A stretch of DNA of 64,000 nt from Sminthopsis crassicaudata (lineage: Eukaryota). The stretch's first letter is position 1, and every line of letters starts with the position of its first letter. Positions 25,021 through 38,021 of the stretch are shown in pieces. The stretch covers positions 664,000,958 to 664,064,957 of the forward strand of contig NC_133617.1 of assembly GCF_048593235.1 (NCBI RefSeq), given 5' to 3'. A program made the translations under genes and the position numbers. The notes under the pieces were generated by a model, which was not told where the DNA came from, searched no databases, and was given only the letters and a program-made list of their open reading frames with translations.

Positions 25021-25917
25021 GAATAAGGCCTCTTTGATATTTTTTGTATCATGGTTAATGACCAACTGTCTTTTGATAGTCAGCCTGTGGGTATCTTCCC
25101 AGAATAATGAAGCATAAAATATATTCAAAATATTTTTAAAAAACAAATTTAACAAAGGTTAAGAACCCTTGCTTTAGAGTGCTATATATACCCATCGGTT
25201 TACTTTTAAAGTTCTTTATAACTTTGTCCCAATTTTTTAAATTTTAGATCTTATTATATATTATTACTCTCTGCATTTTATGATTCAATCATAATGGCAT
25301 TCCTTGCACATGACATTTCATCTCCTCTTTGCATCAATAGTCCTTTATGGCTAGAATGCACTCTCCCTCTTCACTTCCACCTAGGAGAATCTCCCTGTCT
25401 TTTTTTAAAATGGCATTAGAGGACCTTTTATGAGAAGATTTTCCTCAATCTGTTTAATTACTGGTGCTCTCCTTTCAAATAAGCACTTTATAAATAAATG
25501 CTTTGATTAAAATAATTCTTCTATGTATGTATATATGTTCCTATGGTTAATATTAGGCACAATATATATCCATGTCAGACAGAACTAAAATTACTCATAT
25601 ATTGATGTCTGAGCTTCAGTTTACTATAATGAAAGGTTGGGTAGTATATTGAAAAGAGTACTAAAATCTCACCTCAAACATTTTGTAGCTGTAGAATAAT
25701 GCATAAAATATTTAAAGTTTGAACCTGTTTCCTTCTTTGCAAAGTGGATGACACTATATTATCTTTTTATTGAGATTCTTGCATATGTTTTTTATTATGA
25801 AATGCCCTGTGCTTATTTCCATTGAATGTTAAAAATTAAAACGATTTTTAAAAATGTTTTAAAAGAAAATTCTGACTCCATAATAATTTTCCTTCACCTT
25901 TTCTCATACTCTTTCAG

Positions 25918-26015
25918 TGGACTGTGAATGGACAACTGAGGGTTGGCTTTTTTACCACTAAATTGGTTCCTTCAGGTTCTGAGTTAACATTTGATTATCA
26001 GTTTCAACGATATGG
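25918..26015 (+). CDS. SETD2: SETD2 exon 8 (98 nt; WTVNGQLRVGFFTTKLVPSGSELTFDYQFQRYG)
   Basis: ctttcag|TGG ACT GTG...TAT GG|gtatgt; ELTFDY SET motif. Confidence 0.98.
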
Positions 26016-27504
26016 GTATGTTTAAAAACTTTTTTAACCTATTTTGTTGGGGTATACTCTGGGTTCAAAGGCATAGAAATGATGTATGAGATTGAAAGAT
26101 TTTTTTCAACAGATTTAGTTTAGTAAGGATCTGAAGAAGAGACTGGAAACTAGTGCATAGCACACAGTGACATTTTTTTCAGTTATCTAGATTTAGTTTT
26201 TATGAGTTTGACCCTGTTCAATATTTCTAAAGAGATAATTTGAAAAATAGCAATCTGCAGGATTAATTTATTGTGAGAAACAATATACTATCTTATTGAG
26301 AGCAAAATTACCAATTGTGTTTTCCTTCTTGGGCTGTTGTAAAGTGAACTTGTTACTTTTCTTTACCAAACCTGTCACTTTTATTTTTTTGCATAACCTT
26401 GTTCATACAATTTCTCTTGCATACATGCTGATGTGTGCATATTTCCATTAAATAACCTTTGGCAGTCAAATTAGAATAGCCAATTTCTGGTGACTGGATT
26501 ATCTAGTTACTATATGAAAACTATATAAATGTGATAACTTCTTGACCCCTAGAGGATATTTTGTGGCAACTAATTGATGTTTATTTAGAATTCTCCTCTT
26601 ATTTATCATTTTCTTTATTTTAGATTTGGAAAATTAATGAATAAACTAATTAAAAGTTTTTTTCTGAGTAACAATAAACTCAGTAACTTGGAGGTGTTCC
26701 TTCTCAGAAAGGTATAGTTGCTATGAACAGTGTGATTAGGTCCCTTGAAGTTCTGAAGAACTTTTCCTTGTAGATATTTCCAACCAGTCATTTTTCCCAA
26801 TTGAATCATCTTTTTTGCCTCTAAAACCATATGCTAACTACATCAAATTCTTAATTTATTGATGTAGCATGCTATTTATTTTTTATTGAATTGTGAATTA
26901 TTCTTTTTAGCTTTGCTATGTTATATAATCTTGGTGGATTGAAGTCTTCTAAAAGTAAACTGTGGAGGAAAGTGAAATATTCTGGAAGAGATGCAGAATA
27001 AGAAACTAAGCAATCCAAAACAATTGAACTTGGTTCCATTTTTGAGAATATAGATGCATTTAGTGGGGTTGTCTTTTGAGTAGTATTTCCCATTTGGAGC
27101 AAGTACAACCTTTTTTTTTCCTTCTACCTTAAATCATTACATGGCTGTCACTTATTACAGTAGTTTAGATATGGTGTTATTGGGGCAGATACAATGAGAC
27201 TTATACCTCTTCTATTACTAAGATGATGCAGAAATGTTGGGAGCAAAATTGGTTAGGAGGATTTGTCCAGGTTTAAAATAATGGACTTCTGATCTGAGAT
27301 AGCATCAAGAAATGATGGGGCAATAAATAAGAATCTGGACAGTGTTTATATATAGGAAATAAAGGGAATTAGAAAGACAATTTCAAAGATTTCATTTGGG
27401 GTAAGAGAATCATAATGTCATTAAAGAAGACTAGAGAAGTTCAAATCAACATTGAGAAAAATAAGATTCTTGCATACAATATAAGAATAATTTAGAGATG
27501 ATTG

Positions 27505-27620
27505 GTAGGTGGTGCAGTGGGTATATCTCCAACCCTGGGATCTAAGTTACCTAAGTTTAAATCCAGTCAGAAACTAGCAAGTTATGTGACCCTAGGAAAG
27601 TCACTTTAAACACTGACTGC
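27505..27620 (+). mobile_element. Marsupial CORE-SINE remnant
   Basis: 'ggtaggtggtgcagtgggta...aaatccagtcagaaactagcaagttatgtgaccctaggaaagtcactt'. Confidence 0.6.
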
Positions 27621-28245
27621 CCCACAGATACATAATATCCCTTTTAATTGTTAATATTCTATAGTTCTACTTATCAAGTCAGAAAATTAAAAAAAACTTG
27701 AAAAGGATCCTAGAGACCATTGATTATCGCCATCCCTGAACTAGAATTCCCTCTATAATAAACTTGATAAGGGTTCATCCTTTGCTTGAAAACCTCAAAT
27801 GAGAGGGAATTGATTTGCATGTGAGGTAACCCAGCCCATTTTACCTTTAGATAATTCTAATTATTGGGAGGTTTTTATTTATTCTAAGTATAAATTTTTC
27901 TTTGCAATTATCTGTTGCTTTATGTTCATTGCTTCTAAGATCAAGCATAATATTTTCTGCACCTTGCCCCACCACTTGTCATAATGTAGGTAGGTGCTTA
28001 AGAAATGCTTGTTAGATTGAATTCCATTTGGAGCACTGATCCTTCAGATACTATGGTCATTATCTTATTCCCAATGAGTTAACTTCTATAAGCTAAAGAC
28101 TCCCAAATTCCTCAAACTGGTCCCAAGTATCATATGGATTAAAATAACTTTTTCATATATTTGCAAATATTTTCTGAAGATACTACTAATTTTTTATTTT
28201 ACTGTTTGTTCAGCTTAACTTATGTCTTCCTCGTTCCTTTGCTAG

Positions 28246-28372
28246 GAAAGAAGCTCAAAAATGTTTCTGTGGCTCAGCAAACTGCCGAGGTTACCTTGGA
28301 GGAGAAAATAGAGTCAGTATTCGTGCAGCCGGAGGAAAAATGAAGAAGGAACGATCTCGTAAGAAGGACTCT
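28246..28372 (+). CDS. SETD2: SETD2 exon 9 (127 nt; post-SET, KEAQKCFCGSANCRGYLGGENRVSIRAAGGKMKKERSRKKDS)
   Basis: ttgctag|G AAA GAA...GAC TCT|gtaagt; CFCGSANC post-SET motif. Confidence 0.98.
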
Positions 28373-31086
28373 GTAAGTATTCTCTCCTCTCTCATTATTT
28401 TTGTAATGAGAAAAATAGTTTCCTTTAAAAACTATTTGGATATTTCAGTAATGAGAAAAACATAAATTAGAGGGGAAATGTATCACGTTGATAGAAACTC
28501 ATTCTTAAAGATTTTTAGTCACTATTGGAAATCATTTCACAAATAACAGCCTTTTGTTATTTCAAGAACTTTTCAAACATTTTTTCATCATTAATTTGAA
28601 CAAATTGTTTTTACTCCATGATGGGGCTATTTTGGTGTGTTTTTTATGCATACTTAATTAGATCATGGACATTAGGTAAACAGAATAAAGCCCTAAAAGA
28701 GATTAAAAAGTGCTCCATATATCAATTATATCAACCCGGGAGGAAAAATTAGATGACTAGAGTTGAGATGGGCAAAATTATCAATTACTTTTCTATTTAA
28801 AGACATTTTTGAGCCTATGTGAAGCTCTTAAAACAGTACCTGGCATGTTGAAGGCACTATGTTAATAGTTATCCCCTTCTACTTACCAATATTTATTTAT
28901 ATGAAATTGAGATCAAAGATATATGGGTTTCCTATCATTATAGAGAAGAATGAAAATACCTCATTGTAGTCACTATACTTATTTCTGCATGTCATTTATG
29001 ACTTTTTAAGAACTTTTAAGAAATACATATGAATTGGAGTTTAATCTATACTTTTGAGATGACTACCTCTGAGGTAATAGGACAAAATTAAAAATTTTGA
29101 CAAAGAACAGTGTTTTCTTTGTTTTTTTCCCCTCAAATGTATATACTATGCTAATTGATTAAACAGTACTGGAGGATGAGAGATGTATTCCATACCCTGA
29201 GAGAAAATATCTAAAAGTTTCATCGAAATCACTTATGAAGATGATATGGAGTATATCGACAAGAGGAAGGGACTGTATTTTACTTCTCTTAATACTAACA
29301 ATTTTTTTATTTCCTGTGAGGTTTCAGTGAGTGTTGAAATTTGTAATTGCCCAAGGAGGCTAATGCTCATAAGCAGATTCTATTAATGCAAATTCATGTT
29401 CAAGCTTTGACAAGGTACTCTCTATGCCTTCCCTCCTTTTATTTGTAAAATAGTTAATAAATCTTAAGTATAAAATCTTTACTTGAGGGCAGTGCAGTGT
29501 TTAACTGTTTTTGTAATAGGCATTCATTTAGCCTTGCAGAATAGGTCTTGGGATTTGAATCCATTTCAGAATCAACTTTAAGAGTCCTGAAGGAAACTGA
29601 CTTCTCTTAATCTAGGTATATCACAAGCAAGTCTCTTGTCTCTGCTTTGAGAATTCTTTGAGAATTTGCCCGATTTCCAGGAGTACCACCCTCTTACTCT
29701 TTAAGTATCTCAAGGGTACCAGCACCTGTTGTGTTATTCTCTGTTGCCTCATTTATCTGATCAGCTTTTAAAATTACTAAGTCATGTGATCAGTGAAATT
29801 TTTCTCTAAATGAAGTTCATTATTATAACATGTCTTTCATATCCCATATTTGTAATTTCAATTCTTCTGAGATAGAATATTTAAACTTCAGCATAATATT
29901 AGATATAGGCTTTCTCATTGGTTTGTTGTTTGGAATATTTGAAGGTGCGTTTTATTTTTTTGAAATTCAATTTAGCCTGACCAGTTCATTCTCTTCCTAA
30001 AGTACTTGTGCAAGATATACATATTTATGGACTGATTCACATCTGTCTGGGCAATGTGTGTTTTTTCATCATCTTTGTTTTCCAGTATTGATGTTAGAAT
30101 GTTCTTTATTAATTATGATTTTCAGTAAAGTTTTGTTTTGAAGGGAGGCAATCCAATTCCAATATGAATAGAAACATTTTGAATACTTGACTTTTACTAG
30201 GAAAAAGACTGGATGTCAACAATAATTGCATTATTTGAAAAATGTCATTTCTTTAGTCAATAGACATTGTATAATCTTGCCTAATTTTTATGTAGTTGTG
30301 AGAACACTTTAAAGCTACATTCTACCATACTGAATCAAATTCTGAAAAATCAATAAAGAAGAGAATTATAATTTTGTGTTTTCAGCCAAGTTCATCTGCT
30401 GGAAAGATGCAAAAATTCTATATTCTTGCATTTAACAATTCCAAAAAGGTTTTTGGAATGAAAAATTAATAATCCCTTCCCACAGAAATTCATCTCTAGA
30501 ATTCAAGTCTTTTCATTCCTGGAGAAATTCCAAACCTTCAGATCTACTCTTTGAAATTACTTTATTTACATTTGTTTTCCTTTAGAATAATAAGTTGTCT
30601 AAGAAACCAAATCTATTTTTTATGACCCTAGTCCTGAAAAGCCATTACTCACAAAAGTTTGTGTTGCATTACATCTGCTGGTATTTTGAGAGTGTCAGAG
30701 GAAATGGCTTGTAAACTCCATATTCAACTTAATTTTAAGAAAAGTTTTGGTTTTCATAAGTGGGAATAGACATTGATCTGTATCTTTTTCTTTGATCCAT
30801 TCTCTTTTTTTTCCGAGCTGGCATTGGATTAAGGCTAAGCAGAACCATAATGACTTTAACTCCCTCGAAATGATCACATTTTCTGTTAATTGTTTTTGAA
30901 ATTTTGATGTTGGTGTCATGTTTTTAATAGTAAGGTTTTCCACTTCGACCTCAAATAATTTAGAATACTACTCACCTGTACTTGGCTCTGTTATTTTCCC
31001 TTTTATGTGTGTATGCATACACACATTAAGTGAATGAGCCATGAATGCAGAACTGAGTTCAAGGATTTTTGATAATCCACAAAGAC

Positions 31087-32142
31087 AATATATATCTTTT
31101 AAAAAAATTTTTTTAGTATTATAGCTTCTTATTTACAAAACATATGCATGGGTAATTTTTCAACATTGACCCTTTCAAGCCAACTCACTTCCAGTTGATC
31201 AATGATGGACAGAGGTAGCTACACCCAGAGAAGAAACACTGGGAAGTGAATGTAAATTGTTAGCACTAATATCTGTCTGCCCAGGTTGCATGTACCTTCG
31301 GAATCTAATGCTTATTGTGCAACAAGAAAATGATATTCACACACATGTATTGTATCTAGGCTATATTGTAACACATGTAAAATGTATGGGATTGCCTGTC
31401 ATCGGGGGGAGGGAATAGAGAGAAGGGGGGGGATAATTTGGAAAAATGAATACAAGGGATAATATTATAAAAATATATATATAATAAAAAATTATTAATT
31501 AAAAAAAACTAGACTTGGGCAAGGAGAAAGTAATGGCATTATAAAACACCAAGGAATAATAAAAAAAAATTCAAAAGAAAAAATATATGGCAGAAACTAG
31601 GCATGGACCCACATTTAACGCCACATACTAAGATTAGATCAAAATGGGTCCAAGATTTAGGCATAAAGAACGATAAAAAAAAAAAAAAAAACATTGACCC
31701 TTTCAAAACCTTCGGTTCTAACTTTTTTCCTCCTTTCCTTTCCCCTTCGCCTAGATGGCAGGTAGTCCATTACATATTAAATATGTTAAAGTATATGTTA
31801 AGTACAATATATGTATACATATTTATACAGTTATCTTGCTGCACAAGAAAAATCAAATCTAGAAAGAAAAAATCTGAGAAGGAAAACAAGAACATAAGCA
31901 AATAATAACTGAAAGAATAGAAATGCTATGTTATGATCCACACTCCATTTCCACAGTCTCTCTTTGGGTGTACGTAGATAGTTCTCTTTATCACTGAACA
32001 ATTGGAACTTGTTTGAATCATCTCATTGTTGAAGAGAGCCACATCCATCAAGAGTATCCATCATGTAATCTTGTTGCTGTGTATAATGATCTGGTTCTGC
32101 TTATTTCACTTAGCATCAATTCATGTAATCTCCAGGCCTTTC
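31087..32142 (-). mobile_element. Older L1 3' end (antisense), interrupted at 31179-31690 by a younger insertion
   Basis: 'tatagcttcttatttacaaaacatatgcatgggtaatttttcaacattgaccctt' resumes at 31707 and ends with ORF2 C-terminal antisense 'ttcacttagcatcaattcatgtaatctccaggcc'. Confidence 0.8.
31179..31690 (+). mobile_element. Composite younger L1 insertion: 3' UTR + A-tail + extra segment with ORF2 fragment + second A-tail
   Basis: Perfect 16-bp TSD acattgaccctttcaa at 31163-31178 and 31691-31706; ORF2 peptide WQKLGMDPHLTPHTKIRSKWVQDLGIK. Confidence 0.85.
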
Positions 32143-33005
32143 CATTGAAGGCTGTCAAACTGATCTCACCAGTATTTAGTAGAGGCTACTTAGAAACCTA
32201 TGCCAATTTGACTCTTAAGATTTCTTGGGAACTTTTAGTTACTGTGGTGTTGTGCTATATCACTCAACCTATGGTATTGCCAGAGCTCAGTTGTCCATGT
32301 TTTTGGGTTCCATCCAGGCCTTCATAGCTCCAAGGCATACATAGTTCCTGCCATCTATCACCCTAGATGACATTCCCTTACATTTCAAATCTCCTATTTT
32401 TTCCCCTAATCTTATAATCCTGTTAATTTTAGTCTTCCTTTCTAAATCCATCCTGCATTACCAAGGCCAGACTGATATTTTTAGAATACTTCCCACATTA
32501 ATCATATGATTACCCATACTCAGTACTTAGAAATACAGGTTTGTCTGCTTTTCTTTTTTCTCAATAATCAGCCCATATCCTCTCTCTTGGCCAAGTTGAT
32601 CTCCTATACATATGTAACTTATTCTGCTTTCTCAATTCTTATTTTTGCTCATTCTCTCCTTCCTATCATCTTTTCTCCCCACTCTGCCTAAATTGGAATG
32701 CCCTTTCTTCTCTATATCCAACTTGTGTCCAAATTAAGTCTAATTGAAGTCTTATTTTTTCCATGAAGTCTTCTGTGACTTTTCAAGTAACTTAGTCACT
32801 TTTGTTCTTGAAGTATTATACATAAAATTTTAAATTCATTGAGGACATTGATCTTATACTTCTTTGACTAATAATTTTCTTTGGCTTCTAGCACAGATTA
32901 TGCCATATAAATACCCAGTATTTGTTGAACAGTTACTTTCCCTCAACCTATGAAAAATTGACATTTTTGTAATCTAGTTTTTTTCCTTTTTTTCTTCCAT
33001 GCTAG

Positions 33006-33140
33006 GTGGATGGAGAACTTGAAGCACTTCTAGAAAATGGTGAAGGCCTTTCTGATAAAAACCAGGTGCTCAGTTTATCAAGGCTAATGGTTAGAATTGA
33101 GACTTTGGAGCAGAAACTTACCTGCCTTAAACTTATACAG
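33006..33140 (+). CDS. SETD2: SETD2 exon 10 (135 nt; VDGELEALLENGEGLSDKNQVLSLSRLMVRIETLEQKLTCLKLIQ)
   Basis: atgctag|GTG GAT GGA...ATA CAG|gtgatt; phase 0-0. Confidence 0.96.
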
Positions 33141-33766
33141 GTGATTATTCGATTTGATTCCTATTCTAAAATATGAAAAGATATTTAAACATATACCATA
33201 AGTTAAAATAAAGGGATTAATTCTTACTGGAGTAGGTCCATTTATATCTTATGTTTTGGCATTTGTAAATGTTGATTTTTGTTTTTTGAAGCTTGGAATG
33301 TATGAAAAATTTGTTAATATAAAATAGCAATTATATACAACCAGTATGTGTCTGGGACACAAAGTCTTGTTTCTTTTCTGGCTTTAAAGCCACGTATCTA
33401 TTCACTATATCATATTGCCTCTTTTTGGGTGGAATGACAAAATAAAATCTAAAAGAAAATTACTGCATACTTATATTGTTTCAATTTACTGATAGAGATG
33501 GTAAAAAAAACAAACCAACAATTCTTAACATCTTAGAATTGCAGTTATTTTGATAACCTTCATATATTTCTCTACTATAATACTTTATCTGGAGTGCAGT
33601 TTTTCTCAAAGTACAATTTTAGGACATAATATTAAAATTTTATGTTTAAATCAGTTTTGTAGTAGTGATTCTAATTGTAAAGTATCTGTATAAGGTTTTA
33701 GCAGATGAGAGAAAGAATGCTCCTATTTGTTCTGCTTTGACTTTTCTTTTCCTCTTGATTTTAAAG

Positions 33767-33886
33767 AATACTCAGTCTCAGTCCTGCTTAAAGTCCTTCT
33801 TAGAATGCCATGGGCTCTCTCTTCTGTGGATTTGGATGGCAGAGCTAGGTGATGGTCGAGGAAACAATCAGAAGCTACAGGAAGAG
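33767..33886 (+). CDS. SETD2: SETD2 exon 11 (120 nt; NTQSQSCLKSFLECHGLSLLWIWMAELGDGRGNNQKLQEE)
   Basis: ttttaaag|AAT ACT...GAA GAG|gtcagt; phase 0-0. Confidence 0.96.
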
Positions 33887-35004
33887 GTCAGTAATTTTTA
33901 TTTTTTATTATTTAATATTTGGCTGCTCTTCAGTTTTTTTTTTTATAATAACTTTTATGGAAGTCTTTACATGTGACCCAATTTTGATAATTCAGTACCT
34001 CCATAATAATTATTTAGGTGTGAAGGTAAGAATTTAATTCATATACCCTTGGGAGCATATGAATTATTAGTTATGATGTACTTTACATCAATTTTGCCAG
34101 CAGTACAAAAATGTAGCCTCTCATTTTTCTTGTGTATATCAATTAATACCCTAAAAGTAAAGATTTTATGTGATAGGATCTTATCAGTCAGTAAACTTTT
34201 TATTGTTGTTGTTGGTTTTTTGTCTGTACCTATAATTTTCATTGGGGTAGGGAACTTTTGGTGAGAATATTCTCTCAACTAAATTAGATTAGCACTTGTT
34301 TCAGCCTTTATAGCTGGGGGATACTTAAGAGGTTAAGCGACTTGCCCAAGGTAATATAGCCAAAACATGGTAGATCTAGAACTTGAACTCAGGTGTTCTT
34401 GATAATTATGTTGGTTATATACCTGCCATACTACATTTCTTCTGAAAAATAGTACCATTATTCAATTAAGAATGTGTTTTATTTTCTCAACTTATATAGA
34501 GGGAAATTGGAAGATCATACCTGATTTGTCTGGAAGGCACTTTAGAGATTATCTAGTTCAAACCATTTAATTTTATAGAGTAAAAAACTGAGGTTTGACA
34601 GCATAAATTTGCCAAAAATCACACAGCTAAGCCTGGGAACTAATTCTTTTTATTTCTGTAGTGGTAGAAGAAAAACATTTTAAACTTTTTTTAAAAGGCA
34701 AAGATTTTGAGTTTGTTACACGCATATAACCTTTATCAGAGATTATTAAATATTTTGGATGATCCCTTTAACCAGCTTGCATACTTGTGGTTCAATCTTG
34801 ATAAACTTTATAGTCCAGTTTTTTCCTTTCATTCTATAGGAAACTGATGTTGTATTTATGATATCCTTGAGCTTTTGCATAAAGTGTGTGGCAAAAATAA
34901 ACAAAACAAAACATTTCCATGAAATTCTTAAGTTTTGATCCAAGGGATTAAAAAGTGAACAATATAAAGTAATGATTTTTTTTGTCAAAATTGTGTTTAA
35001 TCAG

Positions 35005-35682
35005 ATTATAAAGACCTTGGAACATTTGCCTATTCCTACAAAAAATATGTTGGAGGAGAGCAAAGTACTTCCAGTCATCCAGCGCTGGTCTCAAATCAAG
35101 ACTGCTATCCCCCAGTTCAGTGAAGGTGATGGTTATTCCAGTGAGAATACATCACGTGCGCACACACCACTCAACACACCTGATCCTTCCACCAAGCCGA
35201 ATGCAGAAGCTGACACAGATACTCCAAAGAAACTTGTGTTTCGTAGACTTAAAATTATAAGTGAAAATAGTATGGACAGTGCAATCTCTGATGCTACCAG
35301 TGAGCTAGAAGGCAAGGATGGCAAAGAAGACCTTGACCAATTAGAAAATGCTCCTGTGGAAGAAGAAGAAGAATCACAGGCACAACAACTGCAACCACAG
35401 TCCCTTACCCCACAGCACTTGCCGCCAACAAAAGGTGACATTGAAACTTCACTAGACATCAGTAAACAGCCTGCCTCAGAGCCAGAGGCTGAGCATGAAG
35501 CAGAGGCCAAAGAAAGTAATGGCCCAAAGCTAGAAGAATCTATTGCTATGGAAACACCTTCCCAAGATGAAGAGGAGGGTGTATCTGATGTAGAAAGTGA
35601 GAGGAGTCAAGAACAGCCAGATAAAACAGTGGATATAAGTGATCTGGCCACTAAACTCCTAGATAGTTGGAAAGATTTAAAG
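35005..35682 (+). CDS. SETD2: SETD2 exon 12 (678 nt; IIKTLEHLPIPTKNMLEESKVLP...LATKLLDSWKDLK)
   Basis: taatcag|ATT ATA AAG...TTA AAG|gtaaga; stop-free, 226 codons. Confidence 0.97.
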
Positions 35683-37975
35683 GTAAGAGTAAATTGTGAT
35701 TCGTTTTTAACAATGTAGTTTATTTGAATTTCGAAGGAGTCTAAATTGAATTGCTTCATTTATATTTCACACATAAAAGGTTTACTTTCTCCAAATTAGC
35801 ACAGTCTGTTAATGCTAAGTTCCTTTTATTGTTTTTAGTATTTTGCCTTGACTGTAACTTCAGGCAGGCAAGATTTACAATAATGGCAAATTGTTCAGAT
35901 GATTCATTTTCCCTTTAGTAGTAGCTAATGGCTTTTGTTTTCAGTTTTCTTTCACAGTTAATTATTCTAAATTACTACAAAGGGTCAATATCCACATTAT
36001 AAAACTCATTTCATTAATGCAGTATATCATGGGATCTTCAAAAATAAATGACTGGTTGGCCCCATTATCTTATTCAATAATTGCAGGTTGCTTTTATACA
36101 TAAAATATTATATTTTACTTCTATCCCTGGTCAAAGAGATTGACATTACCTTATCTCTTAGAAAATCTTCCTTTGTAAATTTTTTGTGTGTGTGTGTCAG
36201 AAGAGAGTAGAGATCAATGTCCCTTATACCTTTTCCATTATCATTTATTGGAAGAATGGAATAAAGTAGGCATTATTATTAACCCATGGTAACCTGATTT
36301 TGGAAGATCACATGTGAGCTTGGAAAGTGGTCCATTAGGTTCTGAATTCAGACCTGGATTTCAAGTTTTTAAAGCCATCAGGACTTTGGATTCCTGGCCT
36401 TCGTGTCTTTAAGGTTTGTATCATTCCTTGGTGAATCCTGTATGATCATGGACCTGGCTGGCAGCACCATGACCATTTGAGGAATCTTAGAAGTATTCAA
36501 ATTTCATTTTACCTTAAGAAAAAGGAATGATAAAACTGCTAATTCAAATTTATTGGGGCTCCTTGCTCAGAGGCAGTATGTGGGATTTTTCTTAATTTGG
36601 CCCTAAACCTCTTGAGATTTGTCCAAGTAGGATCATCTTCTTATATAAAGTGATGAGTTGTTGGTTTTTGTTTTTCATTCTATTAAATAAGTACAATCTC
36701 CATTCATCCGTTGTATTGAAACTCTTAATTGAGAATTGAGCAGTTTGAGATATTGTAGATTCTTGTACACTCTTGACTGCTTTCTTATTTATGCTACTAT
36801 TTCATCATTTATTTGCCCACTGTGACTTTTCATGGAACACATCCTCTTTCTGTCTAATATTATAGAAAGAATTCACAGTGAATATGCCTTTTATGGAATA
36901 TGAGCATAAAAATAATCAGAATTGTTAGTTTAAAAAAAAAAAGATGCAGTTTTAAATTCGCTAAACATTTTTTAAAATAAGTGCTTATATATAAGCTACC
37001 AGGCTAAAGCAAAGCAGGAGAGATTCCTTGATGAATAAATTATGTTGGGAAGGGTTAGCAAATTCTATACCAAGATGGCAATACTGTAGGTAAGGTGGGG
37101 GTGGGAATATGCAAAACATTGTAGTAAATGCATTGTGCTTTCCCTGTTATAGAGAAATTTTAAGATTTATATTTAAGATTGAGTTTCAAGTGTGGTTGCC
37201 TCAGTGAGTAATGGCTTCAGTGGTGGGTTTTGTCTTTATTACCTCTTTGCCCAATATATTTCATAAAGCAAATGTAATCATTGTGATTATCTTACTTTGG
37301 ATATAAAAATAATAATTTTTTAAAAAATATCTGGGTTTTTCTCAAATCTTCTGGAAGGACATTTTTTGCTTGTTTTTGATATGATTAGTATATAGTATTG
37401 GTCATAGTTGAATGTGTCTGTAATATTATTAACCCAATTGAAATGAATTATGGCAATTTAAAATTGTCCTCCAAAACTTAAATTTGTGAATTTGACATCT
37501 TCTTCCTCTTAACCTCTACAAACTGTTGTACCTGAATAAAAAATTTCAGAGTATCATGCAGCCTGATCTGTGAGCTTGAGGTTTAAATTTTTTTCCCTAA
37601 TATTTGCTTAAAATGTGTACTTTTCAATTTATATCTTGTTTTCATCTTGACATTCTTGTCATTTGGAGCCACTAAATATAATTCCTCTTTCTCCAAAATT
37701 TAGTTCTGAAATCCTTCTCCAAACAGATTTGCAATTCTGTGAAATTCTGTATTTATCTGTGAGCTGTGCTCTTGTTATAGCATTGATGCTTAGAAATTTT
37801 TTAATATAACTTTGGCTTCAATTACCACTTATCATGGCTCTGATCTCAGAAATGTGGATAAGATTGCTATAGTTAACTTAGTTGTTTTTTTTTTTTTTTT
37901 TTTTTTTTTAATCTATGCATCTGAAAAAGGGATACCCACACAAGTTACATGTTGTCTATAAACTTGTATGTTTTT

Positions 37976-38021
<46 letters not shown>

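Noticed and set aside
35133-35510. 125-aa antisense ORF over exon 12
   Set aside because: Ser-rich mirror of the Glu/Asp-rich sense codons
37153-37203. 51-nt exon-like segment (gttatag|...ctca|gtgagt) with in-frame TAA
   Set aside because: Very AT-rich interior and weak exonic donor side; less supported than the other candidates
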